NCBI GenBank assembly: GCA_002269645.1
Contig: NIVC01002356.1
Span: forward strand, 1-24,059
Direction of reading: 5' to 3'
DNA: 24,059 nt
Origin: Macrostomum lignano
Taxonomy: Eukaryota
The position numbers were made by a program, and so were the translations under genes. Every line of letters starts with the position of its first letter. Positions within the stretch are counted from its first letter, which is position 1. Under the pieces are notes generated by a model that had not been told where the DNA came from, did no database searches, and worked only from the letters and a program-made list of their open reading frames with translations. Shown here piece by piece: positions 19,715-24,059 of the stretch.

Positions 19715-20245
19715 ACCATTCACTCCGAGGTTCACTCGCAAGGTTCACTCTCAAGTTTCACTCTCCGAAGTTCACTATCAGGGTTTACTCTCAGGGTCCA
19801 CTCTCAGGGTTCACAAGGTTCACTGTCAGGGTTCACTCTAAGTTTCACTCTCAAGGTTCACTCTCAGGTTCACTGCCAATTTCACTCTCAAGTTTCACTC
19901 TCAAGTTTCACTCCGTTCACTCTCAGGATTTACTCCCAAGGTTTACTGTCAGGGTTCACTCTAATTTTCACTCAAGTTTCACTCTCAAGTGTCACTCTCA
20001 AGTTTCACTCTCAAGTTTCACTCTTAAGTTTCACTCCAAGGTTCACTCTCAGGGTTTACTCCCAAGGTTTACAATCAGGGTTCACTTCCAAGGTTCACTC
20101 TCAGGGTCCACTCTCGGGGTTCACAAGGTTCACTGTCAGGGTTCACTCTCATGTTTCCCTCTCAGTTTGCACTCCAAAGAGTGAATACACTCCCAAGGTT
20201 CACTCTAAGGATTCACTCCCAGGTTCATTTTCAAGCATCACTCTC
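19715..20245 (+). repeat. Degenerate 12-13-bp repeat (ggttcactctca) in the divergent intergenic region
   Basis: Repeated ttcactctca units with variable spacers. Confidence 0.9.
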
Positions 20246-21009
20246 GGAATTTCAGAAAGCGCAAGACAAGTTCACTTTTCAGACTTAAAAATTCTATTCA
20301 GACTTCCTAATTCAATGCAGACTACTCATTGGTTCAGCGTCAGCATGGCGCATGGCAAGAAATATTTTATTTTCAGGACAACAGACGCGTCGACGCAGAG
20401 CCACTCTGCCTCGCTAGTTCTTGGTTAGTTCAATTAAATTTTCATGCTCCTTCGGGCTACTATCGAACAGTAGCTTAAACGAGTATTAATATCGGAATAC
20501 GGAGTGAACTATCAAAGGTTTTAGCATCTGTGTTTCCAAATATACGTATGTTTTAAGGCCCTTGTTTAACCTAGTTTAATAATGCAAATAATAAATTATA
20601 GCTATGAAGATAATTCTAGACTCAACAGCTGCACACAGCGCGCACCCGTGTAAGAAATTAAGCCATGAAAACAGATGAGAAGCCAGTCCATCTTGTACAG
20701 GCAGAGTTGCTAGTTGGTTATGAAAAAAAACACTGTACACTGAAATCTCTACCCGCCACCCACTTTGCTCAGGCGTAGCAACCAAGCTGGACTGCACTGG
20801 GACAGACTGGAGTGCTGCGCTGCCATATCGATTGAGAGAGCGAGACTGCCGCCGTCCCTTCCTTCCCTCACCGCCAGCCAGCCCCAGCCCCCCCCCCAGT
20901 GCCCTGCAGTACTGTAAATAGGCGTTCTCGCCTCATGCAGTGCACTCTGCGCTGTTGAGACTGAACTGATAGACAAGCAGACAGGCGAGTTGCCAGGCCA
21001 GCTGCTGTC

Positions 21010-21369
21010 ATGGAGCCGCGATCGAACCTCGGACTCGGGGGATGTCGGCCAGGTCTACGACCAGCAGACCATGGTGGCCATCTCCATCTTCTCCTTCATG
21101 GACCGCCTGCTGTCCGCCATCAGTCGGCCAGGTCTACGACCAGCAGACCATGGTGGCCATCTCCATCTTCTCCTTCATGGACCGCCTGCTGTCCGCCATC
21201 AGGAGCGGCGCCGACGAGGGCGACGCCGACAATGACAGCGAAGGCGACGGTGAACAGCCGGACGGCGAGGATGCCGGCGAGGCGGCGAAAATTCAACCGG
21301 GCGGCTACTCGATGAAATGTTCTTTTATCTGTCTGACGCTGAGAAGGAGCAGTTCGAGTGCCGCATCTG
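21010..21369 (+). CDS. RING-HC protein, exon 1 (interrupted by a 79-bp duplication and about two indels)
   Basis: gtcATGG at 21010. GQVYDQQTMVAISIFSFMDRLLSAIR, an acidic linker, then after a 1-nt shift near 21310 PGGYS-DEMFFYLSDAEKEQFECRI-tg|GTGAGC, a TRAF-like GGY...F...CxxC lead-in. Confidence 0.7.
21044..21201 (+). repeat. Exact 79-bp tandem duplication in coding sequence
   Basis: 21044-21122 is identical to 21123-21201. Confidence 0.97.
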
Positions 21370-21383
21370 GTGAGCCGCTGTGG

Positions 21384-21708
21384 GGGCGATTCTTACAGCC
21401 ATTGTTTATGCCAGGGCGATTCTTACAGCCATTGTTTATGCCAGGGCGATTCTTACAGCCATTTTTTGCGCCAGGGCGATTCTTACAGCCATTGTTTATG
21501 CCAGGGCGATTCTTACAGCCATTGTTTGCGCCAGGGCGATTCTTACAGCCATTGTTTATGTCAGGGCGATTCTTACAGCCATTGTTTATGCCAGGGCGAT
21601 TCTTACAGCCATTGTTTATACCAGGTCGATTCTTACAGCCATTGTTTATGTCAGGGCGATTCTTACAGCCATTGTTTATGTCAGGGCGATTCTTACAGCC
21701 ATTTTTTG
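21384..21708 (+). repeat. 30-bp minisatellite (ccagggcgattcttacagccattgtttatg), 11 units, intronic
   Basis: Visible tandem units inside intron 21370-21766. Confidence 0.97.
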
Positions 21709-21766
21709 TCATTTACCTCGCCAGCGGCGTCAAGCTCCATCCAACCCTACCATACCGCATCTGCAG

Positions 21767-23947
21767 CTTCAGCATCCTGAAGGACTGCCACGAGTGCCGC
21801 AACAGGCACCGGTTCTGCTACGGCTGCATCTACATGTGGAGCGGCCAGGAGGGCGGCGGCGCGGACTTCTGTCCGGTGTGCCGAGCGCCGGGCGAGTACG
21901 CCAGGAGCCCGGACGTCAACGACGGCTTGGCAAGAAGCGGGTTCGCTGCTCCGAATGCAACTGGCGCGGCTGCCTGCGCGACTTCGACGGGCACGAGCAC
22001 CGGCGCTACGATGAGAAGGAGCTGGCGCCGTCTGCTGGCGCCCAGCTGCCCGCGCTTAGCAGTAAGCAGAGCCTCGTGGCTGCCCAGCCACCCCAGCCTT
22101 CCCAGACTCCGTTGCAGCCGCCACCGCCTCCGCCCCCGCAAGCTCAGCCTACGGTGGCAGAAGTCCCAGTCGCCGCCCAGCCACAGCGGCTTACGCAGCC
22201 CCGCCGCAACCGCCCCGCCTGCTGGGACTTCGGCAGCAGGGCTCCGCCGCAGGCTGACGCAGAATTCCACGACACCCACCGCTGCACCCGTCGCTGCCAC
22301 CGGCGCCAATCGTCAGGCCGGCGCGGCGCAGGTGCAGCCGGCGAGGCTCAACGGCAGCAGCTGGCGCGAATTCTACGGCGGGCAGCGGCGCCAGGAGACC
22401 GCAGCGGCGACGGCCGGGACGTCTTCCAGGAGCAGCCGCCACCGCCGCCTCCTGCGCGAACTCCGCATCCGCCGACGGCGCCACGTCCAACGAATGCGAC
22501 GGCGGCGCGGACTTCTGTCCGGTGTGCCGAGCGCCGGGCGAGTACGCCAGGAGCCCGGACGTCAACGAACGGCTTGGCAAGAAGCGGGTTCGCTGCTCCG
22601 AATGCAACTGGCGCGGCTGCCTGCGCGACTTCGACGGGCACGAGCACCGGCGCTACGATGAGAAGGAGCTGGCCCGTCTGCTGGCGCCCAGCTGCCGCGC
22701 TTAGCAGTAAGCAGAGCCGTGGCTGCCCAGCCACCCCAGCCTTCCCAGACTCCGTTGCAGCCGCCACCGCCTCCGCCTCCGCAAGCTCAGCCTACGGCGG
22801 CAGAAGTCCCAGTCGCCGCCCAGCCACAGCGGCTTACGCAGCCTCCGCCGCAACCGCCCCGCCTGCTGGGACTTCGGCAGCAGGGCTCCGGCCGCAGGCT
22901 GACGCAGAATTCCACGACACCCACGCTGCACCCGCCGCTGCCACCGGCGCCAATCGTCAGGCCGGCAGCGGCGGCGGCGGCAGCCGGCGAGGCTCAACGG
23001 CAGCAGCTGGCGCGAATTCTGCGGCGGGCAGCAGCGCCAGGAGACCGGCAGCGGCGACGGCCGGACGTCTTCTCAGGAGCAGCCGCCGCCGCCTCCTGCG
23101 CGAACTCCGCATCCGCCCACGGCGCCACGTCCAGCGAATGCGACGACAAGACCACTGGCTCGCCGGCTGCAGCAGCGTACAAGACCTCAACCGCAGGCGG
23201 CTTCAGAAGCAGCGCCACAAGCAGCGCCACAAACAGCGCCACAAGCAGCGCCACAAACAGCGCCACAAACAGCGCCTCAAGCAACGCCACAAGCAGCGCC
23301 ACAAGCAGCGCCTCAAGCAGCGCCACAAACAGCGCCTCAAGCAGCGCCACAAGCAGCGCCACAAACAGCGCCACAATCATCATCGACATCGACTAATTCC
23401 GCTGCGGAAACATCAACCCTGCCGCCGCCAGCTACGTTTGCCACCGGCACGGCACCGCAGGAGCCGCCGCAGCCGGAGGAGCTGCAGTTCACCGCGCTTG
23501 AACCGTCGGGCGCGTCGCCAACCGCCCCATGGCACAGCGGCTGCAGCAAAGCCGGGACCACCTGGCGGTGCTGATGGCGCTGCTGTCGGTCGAGCTGGAC
23601 GAGCGCCGCCGCCCGTCGAGCAGCACCAGCAGGAGGCGGAGCAGCGGGAGATGCGGCGCCTCCACCAGCTGGCCGAGGTACAAAGCCTCAATCGGCGACT
23701 GTCGCAGGTGGCCAGCAACCTCAGCCGGATAGTGGACGGCGGTGGCGGCGACGGAGGCATCGGGGTGGCCGCCGCTGAGCCGCCCCAGCCACCGACGCAG
23801 CCAGGTCGGCTGCCCCGACTACCAGCTGGTGGCGGCGGCGGCGGCATTCTGCATCCCAGAGTGGGGCTCGGGCCGCCCATCAGGCCCGCCTCGAGCGAGC
23901 TCGCCTCCGACTCTGAGTTGGATTTTGAGGACTCTGACACGGACTGA
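21767..23947 (+). CDS. RING-HC + Zn-finger + P/Q/A-rich linker + C-terminal coiled coil, probable E3 ligase, exon 2 (multiple indels)
   Basis: Acceptor ctgcag|C completes TGC, giving CRICFSILKDCHECRNRHRFCYGCIYMW...CPVCR (C3HC4). Then RVRCSECNWRGCLRDFDGHEH, and C-terminal RLQQSRDHLAVLMALLSVELDERR...LAEVQSLNRRLSQVASNLSRIV. Stop at 23945-23947. The frame of the middle region is uncertain. Confidence 0.75.
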   Translation, partial: LQHPEGLPRVPQQAPVLLRLHLHVERPGGRRRGLLSGVPSAGRVRQEPGRQRRLGKKRVRCSECNWRGCLRDFDGHEHRRYDEKELAPSAGAQLPALSSKQSLVAAQPPQPSQTPLQPPPPPPPQAQPTVAEVPVAAQPQRLTQPRRNRPACWDFGSRAPPQADAEFHDTHRCTRRCHRRQSSGRRGAGAAGEAQRQQLARILRRAAAPGDRSGDGRDVFQEQPPPPPPARTPHPPTAPRPTNATAARTSVRCAERRASTPGARTSTNGLARSGFAAPNATGAAACATSTGTSTGATMRRSWPVCWRPAAALSSKQSRGCPATPAFPDSVAAATASASASSAYGGRSPSRRPATAAYAASAATAPPAGTSAAGLRPQADAEFHDTHAAPAAATGANRQAGSGGGGSRRGSTAAAGANSAAGSSARRPAAATAGRLLRSSRRRLLRELRIRPRRHVQRMRRQDHWLAGCSSVQDLNRRRLQKQRHKQRHKQRHKQRHKQRHKQRLKQRHKQRHKQRLKQRHKQRLKQRHKQRHKQRHNHHRHRLIPLRKHQPCRRQLRLPPARHRRSRRSRRSCSSPRLNRRARRQPPHGTAAAAKPGPPGGADGAAVGRAGRAPPPVEQHQQEAEQREMRRLHQLAEVQSLNRRLSQVASNLSRIVDGGGGDGGIGVAAAEPPQPPTQPGRLPRLPAGGGGGGILHPRVGLGPPIRPASSELASDSELDFEDSDTD
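21855..23144 (+). repeat. About 645-bp imperfect tandem duplication inside the RING gene
   Basis: 21855-22500 versus 22501-23144, with the junction gaatgcgac|ggcggcgcgg. Confidence 0.95.
23208..23376 (+). repeat. 12-bp tandem repeat (agcagcgccaca), about 14 units, within the RING gene
   Basis: Visible units that are open in all three frames (SSAT, QRHK or AAPQ). The true frame is unresolved. Confidence 0.92.
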
Positions 23948-24059
23948 TGACGGGGCTTGAAAGTTGTTTGAAAATTTCTTGTGATTTCAAAAACTTGTGA
24001 TGTCGAGCACTTTTCCCTTGGTGCTCGCAGCCTCTCCTGGCACTATCTTGACATCCTAG

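Noticed and set aside
22062-22707. GTAAGC donor in copy 1 splicing out the 645-bp duplication
   Set aside because: The donor and acceptor share a G, so splicing to ttagcag in copy 2 creates gca TAA, an immediate stop, and does not restore the gene.
21042-23947. ORFs of 539 aa and 855 aa taken as real proteins
   Set aside because: Chimeras of intronic repeat translation and shifted frames; only segments match the RING gene.

Overview
Eukaryotic, repeat-rich invertebrate genomic DNA. GC-rich codons and minisatellite-filled introns are reminiscent of the flatworm Macrostomum, but that is inference only. (1) 1-6640 is repeat DNA: a 23-bp satellite with higher-order structure, interrupted by a ~560-bp spacer that carries a Helentron/HINE-like core motif and a tRNA-derived Pol III cassette, all within a ~1993-bp super-repeat. 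A Helitron-like 3' end and a 7-bp microsatellite follow. (2) A three-exon minus-strand tandem-C2 (synaptotagmin-like) gene spans 15620 to 6773 and lacks nearly all Ca2+-ligand aspartates. Its second intron holds a complete, very young Mag-type Ty3/Gypsy LTR retrotransposon (7339-12015; identical 175-bp LTRs, GACAG TSD, intact 1335-aa gag-pol) inserted in a GA-rich minisatellite. (3) A two-exon minus-strand DEG/ENaC channel gene spans 19120 to 16900, with three single-base deletions. (4) A divergent plus-strand RING-HC/Zn-finger/coiled-coil gene spans 21010-23947, with 79-bp and ~645-bp internal tandem duplications and many indels. The most notable signals are hints of recent intron birth in the RING gene (a 9-bp direct repeat at the intron boundaries, and an exact 79-bp duplication removable as a GT-AG intron) and the fact that all four introns are filled by unrelated tandem arrays. 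Many 1-bp indels may be long-read consensus errors. Most ORFs in the supplied track are artefacts.
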